NCBI GenBank assembly: GCA_020635235.1 | Contig: JACKAF010000003.1 | Location: 268,051-332,050 of the forward strand | From: Pseudobdellovibrionaceae bacterium | GTDB taxonomy: Bacteria; Bdellovibrionota; FAC87; UBA2466; JACKAF01 | Direction: 5' to 3' | DNA: 64,000 nt | Shown here: positions 44,716 to 53,649 of the stretch, in pieces | Numbering within the stretch: position 1 is the first letter of the stretch | How the letters are laid out: the number at the start of each line of letters is the position of its first letter | Translations under genes and position numbers: made by a program | The notes under the pieces: model-generated | Told to the model about the DNA's origin: nothing | Seen by the model: the letters and a program-made list of their open reading frames with translations, nothing else | Databases searched by the model: none

Positions 44716-46581
44716 ATGGCATCCAAGCCAAGCTCCCGACAAGTGAAATTTCTGGAGGAGATAAAGCACTGGCCCATTCAGCCCGGCGTTTACGTGATGC
44801 GCGATTCGGGCCAGCGCATCCTTTATGTGGGTAAGGCCAAGAACCTCAAAAACCGCATACGAAGTTACTTTCAGAAAGCCTCTAACTTGTCGCCCAAAAC
44901 TCGGGTCTTGGTTACCAAGATTTCGACTCTGGAGTTTACGGTTACCAATACAGAGCTCGAGGCGCTCCTTCTAGAATGCAATCTCATTAAGAAGCATCGG
45001 CCCCGCTACAATGTGCGGCTAAAAGATGACAAGAACTTCCCGTATTTCGTGCTCGATTTTACACACCCGTTTCCGCAGTTTCGCATCACGCGCAAGGTGA
45101 AGCTTTCGCCCGAGCTGAAATACTTTGGTCCGTACAGTGCCGGCGTGCGCGACATCAGCCGCTTTTTGCTCAAGACTTTTCAGCTCCGCGATTGTTCGGA
45201 CGCGAAGTTCAAAAATCGCAGTCGCCCTTGCCTTAGTTATGAGATCGGTACCTGTACGGCGCCCTGTGTGGATTACGTTTCGGAGCAGGATTACGGGGCA
45301 CAAGTGCGCGAAGCGATACTTTTCTTGAACGGCAAAAAGTCCGAATTGGAAAAAAGTTTAAAAGCGCAGATGAAAGAGGCCTCGGCGGCGCTTAAGTATG
45401 AGCAGGCTCGCATCCTGCGCGACAAGCTTGCAGCGTTGAAAAAGATCTCGGCTAAGCAAGACGCTGTGCTCGCCGAAAGGCAGCAGGACATTGATGTCAT
45501 CGGGCGACACGTTGGTACCCAAGGGGACGAGTCGGTTGTCCAGTGGGTCATCCTCTATATTCGCGGTGGCTTTCTCACAGGCAGGAAAGCCTACCGCGTG
45601 CCTTTGGGGATTGATGATCTTGAGACCGCAACGGCAACTTTCTTGCCACAAGTTTACTCGAAGTCACTTATCCCCGATGAAATCTGGCTTGCCGAAGATT
45701 TTCCCGATCGAAAAGATCTGGAGTCTTGGTTAAGTGAACAGGCCAAAAAGAAGATCAAAATTCGAATTGGCAGGACGGAGAAAGGCATCCGTCTTCTGGG
45801 AATGGCGCACGAAAATGCGAAGCTCATTTTCCAGGAGCGCGAAAAAAAGAATACTCCCCAGCAGGCCGGTGAAGCTTTGCAGCAGGCGCTCGGCCTTGCC
45901 GAAATCCCCCTCACTATTGAAGGGATCGATATCTCCAACTTGCAGTCTCAAGCGCCCGTGGGTTCGCTCGTGCATTTTGAAGATGGAGTTCCCATAAAGA
46001 GTCGTTACCGACTTTACTATCCCAAAACGGTCGAGGGGCAAAATGACTTTGCGATGATCCATGAGGTCGTATTGCGCAGGTTTCAGGATTCGGAAAACCC
46101 GCGTCCGGATCTTTTGATGATTGACGGTGGAAAAGGTCAGCTAGCGGCAGCGGTGAAAGCTCTAGAGAGCCTAGAGATTGAGGTACCGATCTGCTCGCTT
46201 GCCAAAGCCCGCACCGAGCGCGGCTTTCATCTAAAGCAGGTCGAGCGTAGCGAGGAACGGGTGTTTCTCCCCGGCCGAAAGAACCACGTCGCCCTTAAAG
46301 CGAATAGCCCTGGCCTTGCGCTCTTGCAGCAGATTCGGGATGAGGCTCACCGCTTTGGTGTCAAAGGCCACCGAAAACGTCGCGATAAAGAAGCGATGGA
46401 GAGCTCGCCCTTGCTAACGCTGCGCGGCATAGGCAAGAAGACTAAAGAGAAGCTACTCAAAGAGTTCGGAGATTTGGCCACAATCTTGGCAGCGCCAGAC
46501 GAGAGCTTACGAAAACTTGGGTTGAACCGTACCCAAATCGAACAATTGCGCGGCCTAGAGACAAATGATCCCGGCAAGTGA
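44716..46581 (+). CDS. uvrC: excinuclease ABC subunit C
   Basis: It has the GIY-YIG motif (GVYVMRD...ILYVGKAKNLKNR) and C-terminal endonuclease and HhH regions. The ATG at 44716 is preceded by AGGAG at 5 nt. Confidence 0.95.
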   Translation: MASKPSSRQVKFLEEIKHWPIQPGVYVMRDSGQRILYVGKAKNLKNRIRSYFQKASNLSPKTRVLVTKISTLEFTVTNTELEALLLECNLIKKHRPRYNVRLKDDKNFPYFVLDFTHPFPQFRITRKVKLSPELKYFGPYSAGVRDISRFLLKTFQLRDCSDAKFKNRSRPCLSYEIGTCTAPCVDYVSEQDYGAQVREAILFLNGKKSELEKSLKAQMKEASAALKYEQARILRDKLAALKKISAKQDAVLAERQQDIDVIGRHVGTQGDESVVQWVILYIRGGFLTGRKAYRVPLGIDDLETATATFLPQVYSKSLIPDEIWLAEDFPDRKDLESWLSEQAKKKIKIRIGRTEKGIRLLGMAHENAKLIFQEREKKNTPQQAGEALQQALGLAEIPLTIEGIDISNLQSQAPVGSLVHFEDGVPIKSRYRLYYPKTVEGQNDFAMIHEVVLRRFQDSENPRPDLLMIDGGKGQLAAAVKALESLEIEVPICSLAKARTERGFHLKQVERSEERVFLPGRKNHVALKANSPGLALLQQIRDEAHRFGVKGHRKRRDKEAMESSPLLTLRGIGKKTKEKLLKEFGDLATILAAPDESLRKLGLNRTQIEQLRGLETNDPGK

Positions 46582-46623
46582 TGGACAGACGCTTCTGGTG
46601 TGCGTTTTCGAAACGCTAAAGGT

Positions 46624-46652
46624 TTGACAGCCAATATTTTTCCAGTATTAAT
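46624..46652 (+). promoter_or_regulatory. sigma70-type promoter candidate for the cox operon: TTGACA-N16-TATTAAT
   Basis: Read directly from the sequence (ggtTTGACAgccaatatttttccagTATTAAT), about 95 nt upstream of the coxB ATG. Confidence 0.55.
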
Positions 46653-46751
46653 CGTGACCTAAGTCGAAAATCGCGAGCGTAGTGTGCTCAAGTTTTTTGG
46701 GGAATTCAAACTTGCTGCGGCGTTTTCATCTAATTCGGGAGGTTCTCTTCA

Positions 46752-47549
46752 ATGAATGAGCCCTACGGCTGGTGGCTTCCTATTAATATTTCTGCAAACG
46801 GGGCACCGATTGACCAGTTGATCACCACCTTGCACTGGTTCATGGTCCTCTTATTCATAGGCTGGGGAATATTTTTTCTCTACTGCCTCTTTCGCTTCCG
46901 GGCGCGGCCTGGTCACCAGGCAGATGCCTCTCCCAAGCACTTCCGATTGCCTACCTACCTAGAAGTAGGTGTGGCTCTGTTTGAAGTTTTTTTGCTCGTT
47001 TTCATCAGCTACCCGATCTGGAGCAAGGTGAAAAACGACATGCCCTCAGATGAAGAGGCAATGGTAGTTCGCGTAACCGCGGAACAGTTTGCCTGGAACA
47101 TTCATTATGCTGGGAAAGACGGCATTTTCGGTCAAACCAGTCCTGACTTGATTTCGCCCGAAGATAACAATCCCATCGGTTTGGATCGGGAAAACGATCC
47201 CAACGCGAAGGACGATATTATCAGCATCAACGTGATGCACTTTCCTGTGAATAAAAAGGTGAAGGTCTACCTTAGTTCTAAGGACGTCATTCATAGCTTT
47301 GGGATCCCGGTAATGCGGGTGAAGCAGGATGCGATCCCGGGAACCGTCATCCCGGTTTGGTTTGAGGCGAACAAAACCGGCACATTTGAAATTATGTGTG
47401 CACAGCTTTGTGGTGTCGGTCATACGCGGATGCGTGGCGAGATCCACGTCGATACAGAAGAAGAGTTTCAGAAGTGGCTTCAGGATGAGGCGCAGTACCT
47501 AGATGAGTACAGCGATGCGGGCCAGCGGGAGGACGATAGCGATGTCTAG
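46752..47549 (+). CDS. coxB: cytochrome c oxidase subunit II (CuA, no fused cytochrome c domain)
   Basis: It has two N-terminal TM helices, HSFGIP and the CuA motif CAQLCGVGHTRM. The RBS is GGGAGG. Confidence 0.9.
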   Translation: MNEPYGWWLPINISANGAPIDQLITTLHWFMVLLFIGWGIFFLYCLFRFRARPGHQADASPKHFRLPTYLEVGVALFEVFLLVFISYPIWSKVKNDMPSDEEAMVVRVTAEQFAWNIHYAGKDGIFGQTSPDLISPEDNNPIGLDRENDPNAKDDIISINVMHFPVNKKVKVYLSSKDVIHSFGIPVMRVKQDAIPGTVIPVWFEANKTGTFEIMCAQLCGVGHTRMRGEIHVDTEEEFQKWLQDEAQYLDEYSDAGQREDDSDV

Positions 47550-49248
47550 CCATCACGAAGAGGGATTTATTCGGAAATATATTTTTTCCACCGATCATAA
47601 AGTGATCGGTATCCAGTACGGTCTCGGTGCCATGTTCTTCCTGCTGATGGGCTTCGGACTGATGCTGATGATGCGTTGGCAGATTGCTTTTCCCGGAAAG
47701 TCGATTCCTTTCATCGGAAAGTTGCTAACGCAGGACGGGATCCTAAGCCCCGAGCTTTACAACCAGTTTGGAGCCATGCACGGCACCATCATGGTGTTCC
47801 TGGGTGTGGTTCCGATGGCTGTCGGCGCGTTCGGAAACTATCTGCTGCCGCTTCAAGTGGGCGCGCAGGACATGGCGTTTCCGAAACTGAACATGGCCAG
47901 TTTCTGGGTGTTCTTTGTCGGTGGGCTGGTGATGCTCTACAGCTTTCTTCTACCTGGTGGAGCGGCCCAGTCGGGGTGGACTTCCTACCCCCCGCTTTCC
48001 AATATCGCGCCTGCGGGTCAAACGGCCTGGCTGATCGGCATGGTCTTCTTGATCACTTCGTCCTTGCTCGGTTCCGTGAATATCATCGTGACCGCGGTGC
48101 AATTGCGTGTACCGGGGCTGTCGTTTTTTCGCTTACCCTTCTTGGTGTGGGCGCAGCTTGTAACCTCGTTTTTGCTTTTGTTGGCTTTCCCGCCTTTGGA
48201 AGCTGCGGGTGTGTTGCAGCTCATGGATCGAGTGTTTGGTACCAGCTTTTTCATGCCGAGCGGCCTGGTGGTTAGCGGGCAAGCCCTCGAAGTGAGTGGC
48301 GGTGGTAACCCACTTCTCTGGCAGCATCTTTTTTGGTTTCTCGCCCACCCGGAAGTGTACGTTCTGATTCTTCCCGCGTTGGGCATTGTTGCCGAAATCG
48401 TCGCAACCAATACTCGCAAGCCACTTTACGGTTACAATACGGCAGTGTACGCGATCATCTTCCTCGGTTTCATGTCCTTTATCGTTTGGGCGCATCACAT
48501 GTTCATGACGGGAATGGGAACCGGGATGAGTGCCTTTTTCCAGGCGACGACGATGATTATCTCCATCCCGTCAGTCATTGTACTCACGGTTCTGCTCCTG
48601 ACACTGTGGGGAGCGTCGATCCGGTTTACCGTACCGATGCTTTTTGCTCTCGCGTTTCTACCGATGTTCGCCATCGGCGGTCTGACGGGCCTGCCGCTTG
48701 GTTTGACGGCCTCCGACATTTATCTGCACGACACGTATTACGTGATTGGGCATTTCCATTATGTCGTGGCTCCCGGAACATTGATGGCGCTTATGGGCGG
48801 TGTTTATCACTGGTACCCCAAGATCACCGGGCGCATGTTTAACAAGACGTTGGGCAAGCTACACTTCTGGGGAACATTCATCGGCATGAACGGCATCTTT
48901 GCCCCGATGTTCTTTATCGGAATGGCGGGGGTTTCCCGACGTTTGTATGACGCCACAATCTACGAAATGGCGCGTTCCGTGCAGCCGTTGAACGTCATCA
49001 TGACTTATTCTTCGTGGCTGTTAGCGGCAGCGCAGGTGCTGTTCTTGATCAACATCTTTGCCAGCTTGCGCAAGCCGAAGGAAGCGGCCGCGGACAACCC
49101 GTGGGAAGCGACCACTTTGGAGTGGGCCGCCCCAACGCCTCCGTTACCGCACCAGAATTTTCCGGAGCCTTTGGAAGCGTACCGTGGGCCCTATGAATAC
49201 AACACGACGTCTCGGGAGTTTGCTCCCCAGCACTTACAGGAGGCCTAA
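47542..49248 (+). CDS. coxA: cytochrome c oxidase subunit I
   Basis: It has the STDHKVIGIQY N-terminus, PEVYVLILP and WAHHMFMTG heme/CuB ligand regions. The ATG at 47542 overlaps the coxB stop by 8 nt. Confidence 0.95.
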   Translation: MSSHHEEGFIRKYIFSTDHKVIGIQYGLGAMFFLLMGFGLMLMMRWQIAFPGKSIPFIGKLLTQDGILSPELYNQFGAMHGTIMVFLGVVPMAVGAFGNYLLPLQVGAQDMAFPKLNMASFWVFFVGGLVMLYSFLLPGGAAQSGWTSYPPLSNIAPAGQTAWLIGMVFLITSSLLGSVNIIVTAVQLRVPGLSFFRLPFLVWAQLVTSFLLLLAFPPLEAAGVLQLMDRVFGTSFFMPSGLVVSGQALEVSGGGNPLLWQHLFWFLAHPEVYVLILPALGIVAEIVATNTRKPLYGYNTAVYAIIFLGFMSFIVWAHHMFMTGMGTGMSAFFQATTMIISIPSVIVLTVLLLTLWGASIRFTVPMLFALAFLPMFAIGGLTGLPLGLTASDIYLHDTYYVIGHFHYVVAPGTLMALMGGVYHWYPKITGRMFNKTLGKLHFWGTFIGMNGIFAPMFFIGMAGVSRRLYDATIYEMARSVQPLNVIMTYSSWLLAAAQVLFLINIFASLRKPKEAAADNPWEATTLEWAAPTPPLPHQNFPEPLEAYRGPYEYNTTSREFAPQHLQEA

Positions 49249-49251
49249 GTC

Positions 49252-49848
49252 ATGTCAGCGGTGATTCCTTACATCTCGAAACCGCACCCGGTAACGGGCG
49301 TTACCAACGCTAAGTTTGGTATCTGGTTGTTTTTGGCTTCCGAGGTGATGTTGTTTGGGGCGTTGTTCTCCACCTACATCGTTCTGCGAGTCGGTGCAGA
49401 AACCTGGCCACATGGGAGCGAGTACCTAAGCGTGCCTTGGGCCTTTGCGAACACCGTGGTGCTGATTACCTCAAGCTTGACCATGGTCATGTCCTGGGCG
49501 GCTTTGCAGATGAACAATTTTGCGAAGTACAAGAAGTACATGGGGGCAACGGTTCTCCTGTCTTTCGGCTTCTTGATCATCAAGTACATTGAGTATTCGG
49601 CGAAGTTTCATCACGGTTATTTTCCGGCAAACAATACATTCTTGGCCATTTACTTCACGATGACAGGTCTACACGGCCTGCACGTAATCGGCGGGATAAT
49701 CGTGAACGGCTATCTGCTTTTCCCCGGATCCAAGATGTGGAGCACGGAGCCTGAGCGTTTTGCTGGCCGGGTTGAATGCGCCGGGTTGTACTGGCACTTT
49801 GTCGACTTGGTATGGATTTTCCTGTTTCCTGTATTATATTTACTCTAA
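49252..49848 (+). CDS. coxC: cytochrome c oxidase subunit III
   Basis: It has about five TM segments, FTMTGLHGLHVIGG and YWHFVDLVWIFLF signatures. Confidence 0.9.
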   Translation: MSAVIPYISKPHPVTGVTNAKFGIWLFLASEVMLFGALFSTYIVLRVGAETWPHGSEYLSVPWAFANTVVLITSSLTMVMSWAALQMNNFAKYKKYMGATVLLSFGFLIIKYIEYSAKFHHGYFPANNTFLAIYFTMTGLHGLHVIGGIIVNGYLLFPGSKMWSTEPERFAGRVECAGLYWHFVDLVWIFLFPVLYLL

Positions 49849-49857
49849 GGAGCTTTC

Positions 49858-50178
49858 ATGGAAGCACATTCCGCAGAAGAGATGCAGCGTCACGTTAAGA
49901 CTTACTTTGCGGTCTATATTGCCCTGTTGGTTTTGACAGTGGCAACGGTAGGGGTTTCCTACCTGCACACCACGACCGCAATGCACATCCTTGCAGCTAT
50001 GGTAGTGGCCTTGGTGAAGGGCTCCTTGGTGGCGGCCATTTTCATGCATCTGAGTAACGAGAAGAAAATCATCGTCTACTCATTGGTTCTTACCGTTACG
50101 TTTTTCATCGCGATAATGGTAATCCCGGTTCTCGTGGAGTGTGAAATTTTCCGCTATTTGGACAGGATGGTTTCCTAG
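49858..50178 (+). CDS. prokaryotic cytochrome c oxidase subunit IV family protein
   Basis: It has three TM helices and the KGSLVAAIFMHL motif typical of bacterial COX4_pro proteins. It lies directly after coxC. Confidence 0.7.
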   Translation: MEAHSAEEMQRHVKTYFAVYIALLVLTVATVGVSYLHTTTAMHILAAMVVALVKGSLVAAIFMHLSNEKKIIVYSLVLTVTFFIAIMVIPVLVECEIFRYLDRMVS

Positions 50179-50180
50179 GC

Positions 50181-50588
50181 ATGTCGTTGCGGGCCTTCCA
50201 TATCTTTTTTGTGACCATAGCGAGCCTGTTCTGCCTTTGGTTCGGGCTGTGGAGCTATGACGAATTCAGTGTCACGCATGGGCGGCTGAGCCTGGTTTTT
50301 GCTTTCTCCTCTGCCATTGGCGGGGTGGCTCTCCTTTTTTACTTGAACTGGTTTGTGCGTCGCACGCGCCAGTGGACGGCCCTTCTGGTGCCTGTCCTTC
50401 TCGCCCACTGTTTTTCCGGCAATTCCGCGTTGGCCTGTGCAGTCTGCTTTGGGGCCAAAGACTCTGCGATGGTGCAGGGAGCGAACGCTGGGATCGGCTT
50501 TCTGCTCGCCATCATCTGCGTTGTCCTAGTTGCCTTTGCTTCTCTCTTTATAGTATGGATTCGGCGAGCCCAAAAGTTGGGCCATTAA
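50181..50588 (+). CDS. four-TM membrane protein with a CAVCFG motif, hypothetical
   Basis: It follows the subunit IV gene after a 2-nt gap. It has four hydrophobic helices and a CxxC at a predicted helix end. I recognise no family. Confidence 0.6.
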   Translation: MSLRAFHIFFVTIASLFCLWFGLWSYDEFSVTHGRLSLVFAFSSAIGGVALLFYLNWFVRRTRQWTALLVPVLLAHCFSGNSALACAVCFGAKDSAMVQGANAGIGFLLAIICVVLVAFASLFIVWIRRAQKLGH

Positions 50589-50605
50589 GTTTTTCTGGAG
50601 ACAAT

Positions 50606-50965
50606 ATGAATCCAAAGCTTGGGGTGCTGCTGGCACCGGTGCTGTTTCTCGCGTGGATTGGGTGCGCAAATACTCAGATTATTGCGAAAGCGGATGGGAG
50701 CTATATGGTGCATTCGACCTCCTCTTCTGAGAGCTACGCTCTGAAGGGGGCGGTAAAAGATGCAGAGGCCCATTGCGCTACGCTGGGCAAGCGATTCGCG
50801 ATGATCGATCAACGAACGCAGTACCAGGGTATGGACAAGACGGCCAAGGGCGTTATTGGGGCCGTGGGTGCTTTGACCCGATCGGATACGGACTATTACT
50901 CGCATCGAAATAGTATGGATTCTGCCGAAGACTATAAGGTCGAACTCGATTTTGTTTGTAAGTAA
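50606..50965 (+). CDS. hypothetical lipoprotein
   Basis: The ATG at 50606 is preceded by GGAG. The signal peptide has the lipobox AWIGC. Confidence 0.6.
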   Translation: MNPKLGVLLAPVLFLAWIGCANTQIIAKADGSYMVHSTSSSESYALKGAVKDAEAHCATLGKRFAMIDQRTQYQGMDKTAKGVIGAVGALTRSDTDYYSHRNSMDSAEDYKVELDFVCK

Positions 50966-50976
50966 ACTTACAAAGA

Positions 50977-51759
50977 ATGGGGGCGTTCATGACTAGGATT
51001 TTGCTTCTTGGGTTTTTCTGCTTTTCGATTTGCGCTCTGGGAGAAATGAGCCTGGACTTCCAGTCCTGGTCTGCAAAAGACAAAAAGGCCGAACACAAAA
51101 TCACCTATACCTTTGGGACCAAACGTCACCGCATTGATACCTCGGGCGCCGATGGTGTGAGCATTTTGCTGGAGCCGGCGGCGGGCAAGATCTACCTGCT
51201 TAACCACTCGGGCAAGACCGTGATGGAAATGGATGAAGTGCAGCTCAAAAAAATGGCGGAGACCGCGGCAAAAGCTCTTACCGTGATAAAGAAGCAGCTT
51301 GGCGGGAACCTAAGTTCCTTGCCACCTGCTGCGCGCAAGCAGCTGCAAGAAATGGAAAAGCTGACCGCAAAGCCCGCTAAGTATACATACAAGAAGCTTG
51401 CGTCCAATGTAGCGGTGAGCAAGTGGAAAACTACTCAGTATCTGGTGCTAGCCAACAAGCACCCTGTCTCCAAGGTTTGGACGCAGGATTGGAAAGACGC
51501 TCCTCTAAAGCGCTCGCAACTCCAACCCATTTTTGACATGACGGATCGGATCGTTTCCATGCCGGGACCGGGGGCCATGCGATTGCCGCGCCTTTCGGCG
51601 GAGTTGGGGCTTCCCATCAAGACCGAAGAAATGGACAACAAAGGGCGTGTGACCGGGGGATCCGTACTCACAGATGTCCATGATCGTAAGGTTGCTCAGA
51701 ACTTTTTTGAGGTCCCAGCGGGCTACAAGAAAACGGCTATGCCGATGATGCCCAAATAG
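50977..51759 (+). CDS. exported hypothetical protein
   Basis: It has a signal peptide (MTRILLLGFFCFSICALG). The start is at 50977 or 50989. I recognise no confident family. Confidence 0.6.
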   Translation: MGAFMTRILLLGFFCFSICALGEMSLDFQSWSAKDKKAEHKITYTFGTKRHRIDTSGADGVSILLEPAAGKIYLLNHSGKTVMEMDEVQLKKMAETAAKALTVIKKQLGGNLSSLPPAARKQLQEMEKLTAKPAKYTYKKLASNVAVSKWKTTQYLVLANKHPVSKVWTQDWKDAPLKRSQLQPIFDMTDRIVSMPGPGAMRLPRLSAELGLPIKTEEMDNKGRVTGGSVLTDVHDRKVAQNFFEVPAGYKKTAMPMMPK

Positions 51760-51782
51760 ACTCTTTCGAGCCAGTCGCCGGT

Positions 51783-53528
51783 CTACGCTTTTGTGATTAG
51801 ATCGAGCCCGCGTTCGATGAGCCACTTCTTAGTTTTGTTCCCGGAACTCTCGAGATTGGCGCGCAAGGCGTCGATCCCGGATAGCTGAGATCGAGCGGCA
51901 TCGGGAAGTTCTTCTGCGATTTCTAGAAGCTCTAATTGGATCAGCCAATCATCCGCAAAGATTTTTGCCTGATCTAGAAGCGCCTGCAGTGCCTTCGGAT
52001 CGGATTTTCCACCGTCGCGGTAGGCGCGCACCCTTTGATACATTTCGAAACGTTTCTTTTCGGACTCTGAGTGCGGGCTCGTGCGGCTGGGGGAAGACGT
52101 CGCAAGTCCCACTTCGTACTCCCCGTACTGAACACGATCTGCCGGACCACCGTGGACGGACACAACCTGGTTTCCGACCAGCATGTCGAATTCGCCCCAC
52201 GATGGTTCAAAATATATTTTTGTACCGCGTTTCACCGTGCAGTCTGCCCACGTCAAACAGAGGAGTTTTCCTTGCAGGCGAAGGGATGATTTCAACGTTC
52301 CGCTTACTTCAAAGCCGCTTTCAAATACGAGCGTGGCTCGTTTATTGGGAACGAGACCCAGCCGAGTAAGATCGGAATCGTTAGCTTCCGTGGGTGCCTT
52401 GTCTAGCCCCCTCCATTTTCCGATAGGCGAGCTAAAGCCGTGCGGGTGGCGCTCACGCCCATGGCCTTCAAGCTGTTTTTCGTTCATGCATAGTTGCACC
52501 GGACCTTCAAAAGCGATGAAGCTCGGGTTGTCCCGGGAGTCGACTTCAAAGGTTTTGCAAACACCGGACGCGGCTATCCCTGAATCCAAAACTGCTGTGG
52601 TTACGGTACGTGCTTCGACGGCCCGTTCCAGCCCAACTTTCCCACCGATCTTAAAGGCCATCCGATCTTCCAGATGTTCCAAAACCACCGTGAGGTGCTT
52701 CATATTGGGCGTCACAAACAACTGTGGTTGTGGTTCAGTGATGTCATAGGAATATTCGACGCAGTCGACGGTAAGCGGTATTTTTTTTACGGTATCGGAC
52801 AAACAATTTTGGCTCTCTCCTACGCTGGATAGCAGCCCTGCACCATAAATTCGAGGGTTTGTAATATCTCCGGCAAGGCCGTACTCCACCGTCCACCAGT
52901 TCATTCTGGCTACTTTGGCGGCCTCGCTAACAAAACTGATGTTCCGATTCGCTTCCTCCAGCGCGGCCTCGGCCTTTTTGATCTGGCTTGGCGTGCAGTC
53001 GGGATTCTCTTTGACATCGGAAAGATTGCGTATGGCTTCGTAGAGGCGAATGTCTTCGAGTGACATGATCGCCTTTTGCGCTAGGGTCGCGTAGCGACAC
53101 AAGTACTCTGCGTATTCAGGATCGGCCAGCACGGGGGCATGGCCCGCGGCTTCGTGAACGATGTCCGGGGCGGGTGTATAAGCGATGTGCTCGACCGTTC
53201 GCATGTCCGCCGCGATTGGCAGTACCTTGCGAGATTGAAAATCCAAGAAAGCGCTGGGGGGAATGAAGCCAACTACAGGGACAGCTCCCCACCCAAAACG
53301 ATTGAGGGCTTCATCCATTTCTGTAATTCGCGGAATGCGGTCTGTGGGTATGCCGGTCTTCTCAAGACCTTCCAGGTAGCTCTCTACGGCGTGCTCACGA
53401 AAATACTGACGGGATTGGCGCATGATATAGCGCCAGGCCGCGTGGTCCTCGGCGGTGTAGTTCTCGTACCTTTGTACTGAAATATACTTCCTAAGGTATT
53501 CGGGTAAATTTTGTACGGCGGCGCTCAT
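51783..53528 (-). CDS. aromatic amino acid hydroxylase family protein, long form
   Basis: The iron ligand region is PDIVHEAAGHAPVL, and WWTVEYGL is present. A ~300-aa C-terminal region has unknown function. The ATG at 53528 is preceded by GGGGGA, and the ORF is open to a TTG at 53543. Confidence 0.8.
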   Translation of the reverse strand: MSAAVQNLPEYLRKYISVQRYENYTAEDHAAWRYIMRQSRQYFREHAVESYLEGLEKTGIPTDRIPRITEMDEALNRFGWGAVPVVGFIPPSAFLDFQSRKVLPIAADMRTVEHIAYTPAPDIVHEAAGHAPVLADPEYAEYLCRYATLAQKAIMSLEDIRLYEAIRNLSDVKENPDCTPSQIKKAEAALEEANRNISFVSEAAKVARMNWWTVEYGLAGDITNPRIYGAGLLSSVGESQNCLSDTVKKIPLTVDCVEYSYDITEPQPQLFVTPNMKHLTVVLEHLEDRMAFKIGGKVGLERAVEARTVTTAVLDSGIAASGVCKTFEVDSRDNPSFIAFEGPVQLCMNEKQLEGHGRERHPHGFSSPIGKWRGLDKAPTEANDSDLTRLGLVPNKRATLVFESGFEVSGTLKSSLRLQGKLLCLTWADCTVKRGTKIYFEPSWGEFDMLVGNQVVSVHGGPADRVQYGEYEVGLATSSPSRTSPHSESEKKRFEMYQRVRAYRDGGKSDPKALQALLDQAKIFADDWLIQLELLEIAEELPDAARSQLSGIDALRANLESSGNKTKKWLIERGLDLITKA

Positions 53529-53649
53529 GATGCGGTCCCCCAAATCTATGAGCAGTCTACCGGTTCTATGTGGGGATGAAAAGAGGGGCCGGGGAGGGCG
53601 TTAGGTGGGGTTAACCCGGGGACCCGAAGATCCCCGGGGCTTTGCCGCA

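Noticed and set aside
47676-48842. Alternate-frame ORFs of 199 aa and 169 aa inside coxA.
   Set aside because: coxA is unambiguous, with heme and CuA/CuB ligand motifs and 12 TM helices. These ORFs are frame shadows.
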